Below, piece after piece: positions 11,934-25,220 of a stretch of 64,000 nt of DNA. The position numbers were made by a program, and so were the translations under genes. This DNA comes from Squalus acanthias (taxonomy: Eukaryota). The stretch is from the NCBI GenBank assembly GCA_030390025.1, contig CM059432.1, positions 24,244,001-24,308,000 of the forward strand, in the 5' to 3' direction. Numbering within the stretch: position 1 is the first letter of the stretch; each line of letters starts with the position of its first letter. The notes under the pieces are model-generated. The model saw only the letters and a program-made list of their open reading frames with translations, ran no database searches and was not told the DNA's origin.

Positions 11934-12116
11934 TATTAGCTTTTTTTTGCTCTCTAAGTTAGGGAAGGGGGTTAAATTAAGAGCTGAGAAACTGTAACTT
12001 GCTAGTGCTTATGAAATTAATAACTTAAACTAGATAAAATAATCAAACAATAAAACTAAAATATTGATTGAATAAAAGCTTTAACTAATAAATTAATAAA
12101 TAAAACAAGATTAGAG

Positions 12117-13044
12117 ATGGCAGGGCAGGTGGTGTGTCGCAACTGCAGCATGTGGGAGTTTGTGGAGAGCATCGCGATCTCGAGCAACCACATCTGCAGT
12201 AAGTGTCTGCAACTCGAGGAACTTCAGCTCAGAATTGTTGAGCTGGAGTCCAAGCTGCAGACATTAACATTTTGTTCCAGGAGGCAGTCACACCCTTTCG
12301 GTTAAGTAGTACTTTAGAGTTCGTCAGTGGCCAGGGACAGGAGGGTGTGACTGCGAGTCAGGCAGGTATGGGGACCCAGGATGTAGTGATGGAGGAGCCT
12401 TAGCCCTGGACCTTATCCAACAGGTACGAGGTACTGGCTACCTGTATGGATGAGGAAAAGGACTGCCGGGAGGATGGGCAAACTGACCACGGCACCGTGG
12501 TACAGGGGGCCATCCAAGTGGGTGGAGAAGGAAGAAATGTAGTAGTGGTAGGGGACAGTATAGTCAGGGGAATAGATCTGTTCTCTGCAGCCATGAAAGA
12601 GAGTCCCAAAGGCTGTGTTGCCTGCCCAGTGCGAGGGTTAAGGATATCTCCTCGCAGCTGGAGAATAACTTGGAGTGGGAGGGGGAGGACCCAGTTGTCA
12701 TGGTCCATGTCGGAACCAACAACATAGGTAGAACTAAGAATGAGGTTCTGCTGAGGGAGTATGAGGAGCTAGGGTCTAAATTAATAAGCAAAACCTCAAG
12801 GGTAATAATCTCTGGTTTACTACTTGAGCCACGCACAAATTGGCATAGGGTCATGCTGATCAGAGAGTTAAAGGCGTGGCTCAAAGAGTGGTGTGAGAAG
12901 AAGGGGTTTCAATTCATGGGGCACTGGCACCAGTACTGGGGAAAGAGGGAGCTGTTCCGTTGGGACACGCTCCACTTAAACCGGGCTGGGACCAGCGTCC
13001 TGGTGAATCGAATAACTAGGGCTGCAGATAGGGCTTTAAACTAA
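12117..13044 (+). pseudogene. CR1 ORF1 (zinc finger, leucine zipper, SGNH/GDSL esterase-like), frameshifted
   Basis: CRNC..HICSKC, LEELQLRIVELESKL, VVVVGDSIVRGID, VMVHVGTNN, DTLHLNRAG. Confidence 0.9.
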
Positions 13045-14065
13045 AAAAAGGAGGGAGGAGTCAGGTGAGGGGAAATTTAGAAATCTAAAGTGAAAGATCA
13101 AGGCAATAGAGCAGTGTAGCGATTTGGGTAAAAATAAGCAGAGTGTGACAGGAAGGGACAGAGAGTTTAACAGTAGCAGTTCAAAAGAGAATAAGGTCAA
13201 AGCAGGGAATAATGGTAAAAAAAAAAAAATTAAAGGTTCTTTATCTGAATGCATGAAGCATTCGTAACAAGGTAAACAAACCAGTGGCACAAATAGAGAT
13301 AAATGGGTTTGATCTGATAGCCATTACAGAGATGTGGTTGCAAGGTGACCAAGGTTGGGAACTAAATTTTCCAGGGTACTTTGATGTTTTGAAAAGAGAG
13401 GTAGAATGGAAAAGGAGGGGGCATAGCCCTGATAATAAAGGATGATATAAGGACAGTAGAGAGAAAGAATCTCGGCTTGGAAGATCAGGAAGTAGAATCA
13501 ATATGGGTGGAGATAAGGAACAACAAGGTTGTAAAGACTGGTGGGCGTAGTATATAGGCCCCCTAACAGTAGCTATGCCGTTGGACACAAAATTAATCAA
13601 GAAATAGTAGCAGCTTGTAACAAAGGTAATGCAATAATCGTGGGGGACTTTAATCGTCATATAGACTGGACAAATCAAATTGGCAAAGGTAGTCTGGAGA
13701 ATGAGTTCATGGAATGCATTTTGGACAGTTTCCTAGAACAATACGTCATGGAACCAAATAGGGAACAGGCTATTTTAGATCTTGCATTGTGTAATGAGAC
13801 AGGGTTAATTAGCAATCTCACAGTAAAGGATCCACTGGGGCAGAGTGATCATAATATGTTAGAATTTCACATTAAGTTTGAGAGTGACTTGCCTAAGTCC
13901 GAAACTAAAGTCTTAAACTTAAATAAATCCAATTACATAGGTATAAGAGGTGAGTTGGCTAAGGTAGATTGGAAAAATAGGTTAAAAGGTATGGCGGTAG
14001 ACAAGCAGTGGCTAGCATTTAAAGAAATCTTTCATAGTTCTCAACAAAAATACATTCCATTGAGA

Positions 14066-14700
14066 AACATAAGAACATAAGAACATATCTGATCTTGGCC
14101 TCAACTCCACTTTTCTGCCTGTTCCCCATAACCCTGGACTCCCCTGTAGTTCAAAGATCTGTCTATCTCAGCCTTGAATATATTCAATGACTCAGCTCTC
14201 TGGGGTAGAGAATTCCAAAGATTCACAACCCTCTGAGAGAAGAAATTCCTCCTCATCTCCGTCATAAATGGGCGACCCCTTATTCTGAAACTATGCCCCC
14301 TAGTTCTAGATTCCCCCACGAGGGGAAACATCCTCTCAGCATCTACCCTGTCAACCCCCCTCAGAATCTTATATGTTTCAATAAAATCATCTCTCATACT
14401 TCTATAAACTCCAATGAGTATAGGCACAACCTGCTCAACCTTTCCTCATAAGACAACCCCTTCATCCCAGGAATCAGCCGAGTGAACCTTCTCTGAACTG
14501 CCTCCAATGCAAGTCTCGCCCTCCTTAAATAAGGAGACCAAAACTGTACGCAGTACTCGAGGTGTGGTTTCACCAACGCCCTGTACAGTTGTAGCAAGAC
14601 TTCCCTACTCTTATACTCCACCCCCGTGCAATAAAGGCCAACTTAATTACTTGCTAATTACTTGCTGTACCTGCATGCTAACTTGTTGTGTTTCACGTTA
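14066..14700 (-). mobile_element. Antisense 3' CR1 fragment nested in CR1 ORF2; host linker region is missing here
   Basis: ORFs 14101-14427 and 14394-14621, with an (AACATAAG)n tail at 14066-14087. Confidence 0.92.
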
Positions 14701-15556
14701 AACAAATATTTTGTATCTGTCTTCACAGTAGAAGACACAAAAAGCATACTAAAAATGGAGGGGAACCAAGGGTCTAATGAGGGTGAGGAACTTAACATAA
14801 TTAATATAAGTAGAGAAAAAGTACTAGAGAAAGTAATGGGACTAAAAGCCGACAAAGCCCCTGGACCTGACAGCGTACATCCTAGGGTTCTAAAACAGGT
14901 GGCTGAAGAGATACTGGATGCATTGGTTTTGATCTTCCAAAATTCCCTAGATTCTAGAATGGTCCCAGTGGATTGGAAGGTAGCAAATGTAACACCGCTA
15001 TTCAAGAAAAGAGGGAGAGAGAAAACAGGGAACTACAGGCCAGTTAGCCTGACATCAGTCGTCAGGAAAATGCTGAAATCCATTGTTAAGGAAGTGGTAT
15101 CAGGGCACTTGGAAAATCATAACATGATTAGGCAGAGTCAACATGGATTTATGGAAGGGAAATCATGTTTGAAAAATTTATTAGAGTTTTTTGAGGATGT
15201 AACTAGCAGGGTAGATAAAGGGGAACCAGTGAATGTATTATATTTGAATTTCCAAAAGGCATTCGATAAGGTGCCACATAAAAGGCTATTACACAAGATA
15301 AGGGCTCATGGTGTTGGGGGTAATACAATAGCATGGATAGAGGATTGGTTAATGGACAGAAAACAGAGAGCAGGGATAAACGGGTCTTTTTCAGGTTGGC
15401 AGGCTGTAACTAGTGGGGTGCCGCAAGGATGAGTGTTGGGGTTCAGCTATTTACAATCTATATTAATGACCTAGATGAAGGGACTGAGTGTAATGTATCC
15501 AAGTTTGCTTACAATACAAAGCTAGGTGGGACAGTAAGCTGTAAGGAGAACACTTT

Positions 15557-16401
15557 GGGCTGGATTTTGATACTGGGGACGTGATGGAGGCGGGACTCTC
15601 ACTTTTTGGGTTGTGGTCCCGCCTCCATCGACTTGTGGCCAACCCACTGCATTTTCACTTGATTGACCTTGTTGAGCCCGCCTAGCGAGCTCAGCAGGCC
15701 AATTAAGGGCCACCCGGCAACAGGTGATGTCACAGATTGACATTTCATCTGTCAAGAGCTTTTGACAGATGAAATATCAGCGTTTGACAGCTCTGTGAAG
15801 CTGTCAAACACTGACAATCTGTCTTCTAACTTGAGTCCTTCCTCTCAGGCTGAGTTAGAAATCATTCCAGCACAGAAAAAAGAAGGCTGCAGTTTTTGAC
15901 AGCTCAACGGTCATTGTGCTTTCTGTGCCGCTGAGATTTCTGACTCCTGAGACCTGAAGGGCTGACACCTGCAGGAGGAAGTTAAGGTAAGTAAAACTTT
16001 TTCCCACACTTTACACTTACCTTACACACTTACCTCTGCACACATGCACTCATCACTCACCTGCCCACCGGACATATCGACCCCTCCAACCCCTGCAGAC
16101 CCACGGTCCGCCTCGCTAACTTGGCGTGGTTGGGACCTGTCGGGAAGCCCACATTTCAGCTTTTAAAATAGAGATTAGGCAAAAAACTGCCTGTTAACTA
16201 CCTGTTAACAGACAGTTAATTGTCACTAATCCCCTTCCCGCCTCGGGGAGGCGGGTCCCAGAACAGGTCGGGTACCCGCCTCCAGCAAAACTGGCATGGA
16301 GGCGGGTTGGGGGCGGGATGGGGTCGGGACCCCCGAATCTGCAACTTTAACCCCCCACACGCCTCCAAACCCGCCTCCACAGGTCAATGAAATTCCAGCC
16401 C
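15557..16401. mobile_element. Harbinger-type MITE, family M1 (about 845 bp), copy 1
   Basis: TIRs GGGCTGGATTTT / AAATTCCAGCCC. Interrupts the CR1 RT and is near-identical to 50228-51071. Confidence 0.88.
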
Positions 16402-16847
16402 AAAGAGTCTGCAAAGGGATATAGATACAATAAGTGAGTGGGCAGCAAGGTGGCAGATGGAGTATAATGTAGGGAAATGTGAGGTTATTCATTTTGGTAG
16501 GAAGAATAGAAAAACAGAATATTTTTTAAATGGTGAGAAACTTTCAAATGTTGGTGTTCAGAGAGATTTGGGTGAACTCGTGCAAGAAACACAGAAAGCT
16601 AGCATGCAGGTACAGCGAGCAATAAGGAAGGCAAATGGCATGTTGCAAGGGGGTTGGAGTATAAGAGTAAGGAAGTTTTGCTACAATTGTATAGGGCCTT
16701 GGTGAGACCACACCAGGAGTACTGTGCACAGTTTTGGTCTCCTTATCTAAGGAAGGATATACTTGCCTTGGAGGCGGTGCAACAAAGGTTCACTAGATTG
16801 ATTCCTGGGATGAGAGGGCTGTCCTATGATGAGAGATTGTGTAGAAT

Positions 16848-18505
16848 TGAGCTTCATTGGAACAGTGTAAGAGGCCAAGGACGGAGTGGAGCGGAGAATT
16901 AAAGTGACAGGCGACCGGAAGCTTGGAGTCACGCTTATGGACTGAATGGAGGTGTTCCGCAAAGCGATCACCCAATCTGCGTTTGGTCTCCCCAATGTAG
17001 AGGAGACCGCATCGTGTGCAGCGAATACAGTATACTAAATTGCAAGAAGTACAAGTAAATCGCTGTTTCACCTGGAAGGAGTGTTTGGTGCCCTGGACAG
17101 TGGGAAGGGAGGTGGTAAAAGGGCAGGTGTTGCATCTCCTGCGCTTGCACGAGAAGGTGCCGTGGGAAGGGGAAGGTATGTTGGGGGTGATAGAGGAGTG
17201 GACCAGGGTGTCACAGAGGGAATGGACCCTTCGGAATGCTGAAAGGGGAGGGGAGGGGAAGATGTGATTGGTGGTGGGATCACGCTGGAGGTGGCGGAAA
17301 TGGCGGAGCATGATCCATTGAATGTGGAGGCTGGTGGGGTGAAATGTGAGGACATGGATAAACCTATTGTGGTTCTGGGAGGGAGGGGAAAGGGTGAGAG
17401 CAGAAGTGCAGGAAATGGAACGGACACGGTCCAGGGCCGTGTCAACCACGGTAGAGGGGAATCCTTGTCTGAGGAAAAACAAAGACATATCGGAAGCACT
17501 AGTATGGAAGGTGGCATCGTCAGAACAGATGCAGCAGAGATAGAGAAACTGGGAGAATGGAATAGAGTCCTTATAGGAAGCAGGGTGGGAGGAAGTGTAG
17601 TCCAGGTGGCTGTGGGAGTCAGTGGGCTTATAGTGGATGTTTGTCAATAGCCTATGCCCAGAAGTGGAGACAGAGAAGTCGAGGAAGGGAAGGGAAGAGT
17701 CGAAGATGGACCACGTGAAGGTGAGGGAAGGGTGGAAATTGGAAGCAAAATGAATGAAATTTTCTAGTTCACGGCGAGAGCAGGAAACAGCACCGATACA
17801 GTCACCGATGTACCGGAAAAAGAGGTGAGGGAGGGGACCTGAGTAGAACTGGAACAAAGAATGTTCCACATATCCCACAAAAAGGCAGGCATAGCTAGGA
17901 CCCATGCGGGTTCCCAAAGCAATACCTTTAATTTGGAGGAAGTGAGTGGAGTCAAAGGAGAAGTTGTGCAATGTGAGAACAAGTTCAGCCAGACGGAGGA
18001 GGGTGGTGGTGGATGGGGACTGGTTGGGCCTCTGTTCAAGGAAGAAACCGAGTGCCCTCAAGTAGTCCTGGTGAGGGATGGAGGTGTAGAGGGATTGGAC
18101 GTCCATAGTGAAAAGGAGACAGTTGGGGCCAAGAAACTGGAAACTGTTAAAGTGGCAGAGGATGCGGAAGAGTCGCAAATGTAGGTGGGAAGGGACTGGA
18201 CAAGGGGATGACTCCTGGCCGAAGAAGTGAGCACGGAGACAAAGGCAACGGAAAAAGAGCTCAGCGTCGTGCCGAGCTCGAAATTCATTGAGATGGGGGC
18301 GTAAGGGGATGAAGCTCAGGCCTTTGCTGAGGACTGATCATTCGGGGTCAGCGAGAGGAAGGTCAGAGGGGATAGTGAAAACGCGGCAGGGGGTGAGATT
18401 GGGAGAAGGGATGGGGTCAGAGGAAAGTGAAGGGGAAGAAAGGTTCCGGAGGAGCGTTGGTGTCCAAGAATTCTTGAAGCTTGCGATCCTTGACATCTGA
18501 AAGCA
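16848..18505 (-). mobile_element. Penelope-like retroelement (probably Neptune clade): RT + GIY-YIG endonuclease
   Basis: 461-aa ORF 16793-18178 with FTMDVQSLYTSIP, GIALGTRMGPSYA, RYIGD (degenerate YIDD), FLDF, YKPT, linker CKRRRCNTC and NLVYCIRCTRCGLLYIGET..RFAEH. Confidence 0.95.
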
Positions 18506-19014
18506 AATTTCCCCTGGTTGGAGTGTCTAGAAATAGGAGGCATAAACTCAGGATAAGGGGTAGGCCATTTAAGAGATAAGGAGGAATTTCTTCAGTCAGA
18601 GGGTTGTGAATCTTTGGAATTCTCTGCCCCAGGTAGCTGTGGATGCTGAGTCTTTGAGTATATTCATGGCTGAGATAGATAGATTTTTGGACTCTAGGGG
18701 AATCAAAGGATATGGAGATCGGGCAGGAAAGTGGAGTTGAGGTCAATGATCAGCCATGATCTTATTGAATGGCGGAACAGGCGTATGGCCTACTCCTGCT
18801 CCTATTTCTTATGTTCTTATGTACTAAAACTATTCTGGTACCCCAATTGCTGCCCTGATATCAAATAATTCAGTACAGACTGGGGATCAAACTTGAGGTA
18901 TACTTGGTCTATAAGCCTCATTGCCATATTTAATTATTTAGTTAAATAGACTATATGCCTCAGTGCACTTACCTGTGAAACCATCACCGGTCGGGATAGC
19001 GAGGGCTGGGGGGG

Positions 19015-20830
19015 AGTGCTGGAACATTTGTGCCAGGCATAACTCCAGCCAGTGGAGAGTTCTCCCCTTGATCCCCGTTGACTTCAATTTTACTTGGGCT
19101 CCTTGGTTCAACACTTGTTCGAATGCTGCCTTGATGTCAAGGACAGTCGCTCTTACCTCACTTCTGGAATTCAGTTCTTTTGTCCATGGTTGGACAAAGG
19201 CTGTAATGAGGTTTGGAGCCGAGTGGTCCTGGTGGAACCCAAACTGAGTATAGATGAATAGGTTATTGGTGATTAAGTGCCGCTTGATAGCTTTGTTGAC
19301 GATTCCTTCCATTTCTTTGTTGATGAATAGGCTGATAGGGTTGGATTTATCCTGCTTTTTGTGGGCTGGACATACCTAGGCAATTTTCCACATTGTTGGG
19401 TAGATGCCAGTAGTGTAGCTGTACAGTTTAACTCAGAACATGTTTTCAGCACTGCCGCCAGGATGTTTTCGGGCCCCGTAGCCTTCACTGTGTCTAGTGT
19501 AGTCAGCTGTTTCTTGATGTCACAGAGGACTGAAGACCGGTATCTGTGATGGTGGGAGCCTCAGGAGTAGACCATAAAGGATTTTCCACTCAACACTTCT
19601 GGCTTCAGATAGTTGCGAAGGCTTCAGCCTTGTCTTTTGCACTAACTAGCTGTGCTGCGCCATCATTGAGGATGGGGATATTCATGGAACCTCCTTCTCC
19701 AGTTACTTGCGCAATTGTCCACCAATATTCATGAGTAGATGTGATAAGTTGCAGAGCTGTGACCTGATCCGTTGATTGTGGGATCGCTGAGCCCTGTCTA
19801 TAGCATGCTGCTTCCACTGTTCAGCATGCATATAGTTCTGTGTTGTAGCTTCACCAGGTTGGCACCTCATTTTAAGGTACGTCTGCTTCTGCTCCCGGCA
19901 GACTCTTTTTAGTTGAACCAGGGTTGGTCACATAGCTTCATGGTGATGGAGGAAATAAGGATACAAACCATGAGGTTACAATTAGTGATATACAATTCTG
20001 CTGGTGGTGATGGCGCACAGCATCTCATGGATGCCCAGTTTTAAGCTGCTAGATCTGTTCTTAACTTATCCGATTAGCACGGTGGTAGTGCTACATGACA
20101 TGATGAAGGGTGCCTTCAATGTGAAGAAGGGATTTGGTCTTCACACGGATTGTGCGATGGTGACTCCTACCAATGCTGTCATGGACAGACACATCTGTAA
20201 TAGATTGGTGAGTCAAGTAGGTCAAGTAGGTTATTCCCTCGTGTTGGTTCTCTCACCACCTGCTGAAAGCCCAGTCTGGCAGCTATGTCCTTTAGGACTC
20301 AGCCAGCTCAGTCAGTGGTGGACCGAGCAATTCTTAGTGGTGGTTAATGAAGTACTTCACCCATAGTATGTTCTGTGCCCTTGCTACCCTTAGTGTTTCC
20401 TCTAAATGGTGTTCCTCCCTTCATCAGCTGAAGAGGTTTCCTTGCCCATGTCTGAACTGAAGCTGTGAGACTTCATGGGGTCCAAAGATGATATTGACAG
20501 CTCCCAGGGCCATTCTTCCCTGACTGTATACTACTGTGCCCCCATCGCTGGTGGGCAAGATATACTTGCAATGGTGATGGAAGTGTTTGGGACATTGACT
20601 GATAGGTATGACTGTGTGTCGGGCTGTTGCTTCACTTGTCTGTGGGACAGCTCTCCCAACTTTGGCATCAGTTATTAATGAAAAGAATTTGCAGGGTTCA
20701 ATTGCTTGATATGCTTCTGTCATGTCCTGATTCGATGCCTAGGTCACAGCTGAATGGGTTATTACAACAATCCAACAGCTTCATGGTGACTATTACTGTT
20801 ACCAGCTTTTTATTTCCAGATAGTTTTTAA
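19015..20830 (-). mobile_element. Old LINE fragment (CR1/L2/Crack-type, distinct from the main CR1 families)
   Basis: KATGPENI, QFGFHQDHSA, LDIKAAF, and SAKDKAEAFATI motifs, heavily decayed. Confidence 0.8.
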
Positions 20831-21457
20831 ACTGTATTCAAATTTCCATGGTGGGATTTAGACTCCAGTTAAATTAATCCAGGTTTCTGGATTCCTAGTC
20901 CAAGTAACATAACCACTACACTACCGGACCCTTGCTGTAAGTAGGCACTCCCTAAGGTCAGATTATATGTTATGAACATCCTGATGTCAATTAAAGTGTG
21001 ATTTTATTTCTCTGTATATTGTCATCTACTTAGAATTGATGTCTGAAGTGTGACAGACATATGTTAGACACAAGGCTTCTATATATTTATAGATACAATA
21101 ACACATTTATATTTAATTTACTCTGACCATTAATTTTCTGAAGTCATTCATTATTTATTTAATGTTGGAGCCTTTATTAATACAGTATTATTCATACAAA
21201 TGCATTTGCTACTAATATCAACCCAATTGCCTTCCCCACCCCAAAAAAATGGGTTCGTCAATTTTATATATTTCTTCAATATATAACAGTTCATTCTCAG
21301 TGAAACATGATCTGGACTGTGCTTAATCATCCTTGGTGCCAGACTATTACAATGCATAATCATTTACATAGGTGAGTGGCACGATTTTGCTTGTTAGAGA
21401 GAATAAACTTGACTTACTTCAACTAACTTCCCATGGAATGCCTTAACTTAGATCTAT

Positions 21458-22340
21458 TTTTTAAATTTGTTCTGGGATGTGGGCATCACTGGCAAGACCA
21501 GCATTTATTGCCCATCCCTAATTGCCCTTGAGAAGGTGGTGGTGAGCCGCCTTCTTGAACCGCTGCAGTCCGTGTGGTGAAGGTACTCCCACAGTGCTGT
21601 TAGGGAGGGAGTTCCAGGATTTTGACCCAGCGACGATGAAGAAATGGCGATATGTTTCCAAGTCAGGATGGTGTGTAACTTGGAGGGGAACTTGCAGGTG
21701 ATGGTGTTCCCATGCACCTGCTGCCCTTGTCCTTCTAGGTGGTAGAGGTCGCAGGTTTGGGAGGTGCTGCCGAAGAAGCCTTGGCGAGTTGCTGCAGTGC
21801 ATCTTGTAGATGGTACACACTGCAGCCACTGTGCGCCGGTGGTGAAGGGAATGGATGTTGAAGGTGGTGGATGGGATGCCAATCACATGGGCTGCTTTGT
21901 CCTGGATGGTGTCGAGCTTCTTGAGTGTTGTTGGAGCTGGAAAGGCTTTGGGGTGTCAGGAGGTGAGACACTCGCCACTGAATACCCAGCCTCTGACCCG
22001 CTCTTGTTGCCACAGTATTTATGTGGCTGGTCCAGTTAAGTTTCTGGTCAATGGTGATCCCCCAGGATGTTGATGGTGGGAGATTCAGCAATGGTAATGC
22101 CATTGAATGTCAAGGAGAGGTGGTTAGACTTTCACTTGTTGGAGGTAGTCATTGCCTGGCACTTGTGTGGCATAAATGTCACCTGCCATTTATCAGCCCA
22201 AGCCTGAATGTCGTCCAGGACTTGCTGCATATGGGCATGGAGTGCTTCATTTTCTGAGGAGTTGTGAATGGAACTGAACACTGTGCAGTCATCAGCGAAC
22301 ATCCCCACTTCTGACCTTTTGATGGAAGGAAGGTCATTGC
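21458..22340 (-). mobile_element. 3' part of a LINE of the same group
   Basis: NDLPS..MFADDCTVF, WADKWQVTF, IDQKLNWTSHI and SLHHRRTVAA motifs, with 3' UTR AATAAATGCTGG. Confidence 0.88.
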
Positions 22341-23869
22341 TGAAGCAGCTGAAGATGGTTGAAATATAAGATGTGGATTGGTATCTTTGTGGTAACTGGA
22401 TGCAACTGGAGCTTTGTAACTGCAAAAATACCTTTACAGCCAGAAGTTTGTGGTATGTATACAATAAAATAAGGCAGCTAGGGAGACTATTCCCCACATA
22501 GGTATAACTCTGTGGGGGTGAGCGGTGGGGGGGTGGGGAAATCCTTCTAATCTCAAGAGCTAACCGTAAGAGGAAACCTCTGTACAAATCTATAGCTCCA
22601 TCACTCTTTACCACCTGCAAATACCACAACTTTAAATTTACATTAATTGCAAATTTGCAGCTGTATCAGTCAGAATCAGCCAGAATAAATTATTCGGAAT
22701 CAAAGCTTAAAGCTGGTAATTTAAACCTACCCATCCAGCACACTAACTGAGTCTAGTAAGTACAACACATTTTAAAAGTTTGTATCCTATTCTGATCATT
22801 CTGATTTGAACTGAATGATCTCTGTAGGGTCCGTAAGTGTAAATGGGGCATATGCTTCTTCAGTCAAGCCTGAAGAAGTTCTTAGCCAAATACTTAAAAG
22901 GAGTAGCTTCTTCACACTTGAGACTTGTTAACATATGGAACAGACTGCCACCTACAGCAATGAGTGCTGATTCACACAAGCAATCTCAAAGCAAATAGCT
23001 TAATGCCCGAGGCAGGAGAGAGGTGAACACAGTCTGTGCAAGGAAAAAGTGGAAGACTTATGAGTGACATGATTAGCAAAATGGTACTGAACTCCTATTC
23101 TCATCTCTGCTCTCTTATTATTAGGTTATTATAAAGTTACAAAGCGATTTAATAATAGCAAACAAACAGGTATTGGTGCTGAATAGTGTAGCACTTAATC
23201 CATCCCTAGTGTGATTATGATATATTTCATCAGCAACTTTTATCTCTTTATATATATTGAGAAACCTATGGTAAGGGTATAGATATAATGCAGGACATCA
23301 TCAAGAACCCAGACAGGATGATGTAAATCAAAAATGCAGTGGTTAAGTAATGCTAGATTGAGTCTTTAAAACTGGCAGACTGTCGGAAGAATGAAAGGCT
23401 GAAGGAGTCAAGAAGTCCCACAGTTTTGAGATCTTGATAAAGAATGAGTCAGAGTCGGAGAAGCTACAATGAGTCCTGATTTCAACACAGTGCTCATGAA
23501 TTGAACAAATCTACGGAGTCTTGATCAATAGCCAAGGCATGACGTAGAAGATTAAAAGCATAGCTCCTTACTCAAAATTCATTTCCTATCATATATCCGA
23601 TAAGTAGCTGTTAACATTTTCAGTCCACTGCAACAAACCAAGCATTTAATTGTTAGTCTATTTATCAATTGAATGCTTTATATTGATTTTTTTTAAACTT
23701 TATTTTCATGTAGCCAGTTTGCAGTTCATTGGTGCACCAGTATTTAATTTATCAATGTCCGGCAATTGGTATCTTAATGATTACAACGACCAGCCTCTGC
23801 CAGGATTCTGTGCAACCACATTGCTACTGTAGGGTTTCATGTTGGGGAATGGAATATTTTCTATTTCAG

Positions 23870-24226
23870 GCATCAAGCGTTCCCAAATAGGTTAGATGCA
23901 GAGTAAAGTCCTTCTGTTCTGCCTCAACAATTTACATCAGCTTCAAACTCAGAAGAGCGTCCACTGCTGTACTAGCATGACATTTTCCATTTCCTATAAC
24001 AGCGATCTCAAGGCCTTTCCGTAGACATTGCCAATTTAGTCAATTTGTGGCAAATTAGGAGCAGCATTGTTCTATGGCCCCATTCCCATTAGAAACTGGA
24101 TTGAGACTGCCCAAATTCATTTCACGGCCAGCATTCAGCAGATTTATCCCATCAATCTTGGTTGGTTTTGAACTTAGGTCCCAGCGAGGAAAAGTCAGTG
24201 CCTAACCCACTGAACCAACCAGTCCC
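23870..24226 (-). mobile_element. Ancient tRNA-derived SINE (LF-SINE-like)
   Basis: Head GGACTGGTTGGTTCAGTGGGTTAGG..AGTTCAAAACC. Internal GTCTCAATCCAGTT and AATTGGCA..GAAAGGCC blocks resemble LF-SINE (from memory, not aligned). Confidence 0.45.
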
Positions 24227-24609
24227 AAGAAATACCTTTTTTTTAAGTGAAAGTAACAAAGATAAAATATAAATGTTAGAAATTGAAAATAAAACTGAAA
24301 AGGTTGGAAAAGGCACAAAGGTTGGTCAACATCTGCGAGAAAAAGATAGGTTAACATTTTGGGTGTGATTCTTCATCAGAATTCATTGATTCTTCCTTAT
24401 GAGGTTCTTTGTTGGCATGTGTTCTTCACATGGATCATTTACCTATGTATCATTATGGCAATCATGATATGCAATGGCCTCAGATGTAACAGTTTCAGGT
24501 ACAGTTCGCATTGGTCTGACTTGCTCATTGATGGGAGATCAAAATAAAACACACTCCTCACTACTAATCTGCTATGCCCCGCATAGTAGGATGGGGCAAC
24601 TATTTACCT

Positions 24610-25220
24610 TAAGAACATAAGAACATAAGAAATAGGAGCAGGAGTAGGCCAATCGGCCCCTCGAGCCTGCTCCGCCATTCAATAAGATCATGGCTGATCT
24701 GATCCTAACCGCCAATCTACTATCTATCACAGAACCATCTCCTGCATCTAACAGAATTGCACACACGAAATAGGAGCAGAATCAGGCTACACGGTCCCTG
24801 GGCCCGCTCCACTACCCACAGGGCCATGACCGATCCGAACCTAGACTCATGTCCAAATTCCTGCCCGCTCCCCGTAACCCTTAATGCCCTTTACTTCTAG
24901 GAAACTGTCTATTTCTGTTTTAAATTTAATTAATGTTGTAGCTTCTACAGCTTTTTGTGGCAGCATATTCCATGGACCTACCACCCTCTGAGTGAAGTAG
25001 TTCCTCCTCATCTCAGTTTTGAAAGAGCAGCCCCTTATTCTAAGACTATGTCCCCTAGTTCTAGTCTCACCCGTCATCGGGAACATCCTCCCCGCATCCA
25101 CCCGATCCAACCCCTTCACAATCTTATATGTTTCAATAAGATCGCCTCTCATTCTTCTGAACTCCAATGAGTAGAGTCCCAATCTACCCAACCTCTCCTC
25201 ATATGACCACCCCCTCATCC
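24610..25220 (-). mobile_element. CR1 3' end with a bipartite 3' UTR
   Basis: ORF 24847-25230 is a CR1 C-terminus, followed by two successive 3' modules and the tail repeat. Confidence 0.9.

Larger units (their letters stand above)
13236..18740 (+). pseudogene. CR1 ORF2 (AP endonuclease + RT), fragmented and interrupted
   Basis: YRPPN, IVGDFN, SDHN (endonuclease); KAPGPD, NYRPVSLTS, QHGF, KAFDKVPH, GVPQG (RT); EYCAQFWSPY (C-terminus). Confidence 0.92.
10711..18822 (+). mobile_element. Near-full-length CR1 LINE (5' array, ORF1, ORF2, 3' tail) with nested insertions
   Basis: ORF1 Zn-finger/zipper/esterase, then APE endonuclease and RT fragments in order, ending in a (TTCTTATG)n tail at about 18806-18822. 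Confidence 0.92.

Noticed and set aside
22369..22452. Signal-peptide-like MWIGIFVVTGCNWSFVTAKIPLQPEVC followed by GTATGT on the plus strand
   Set aside because: It directly abuts a LINE fragment, and no compatible downstream exon chain was identified.
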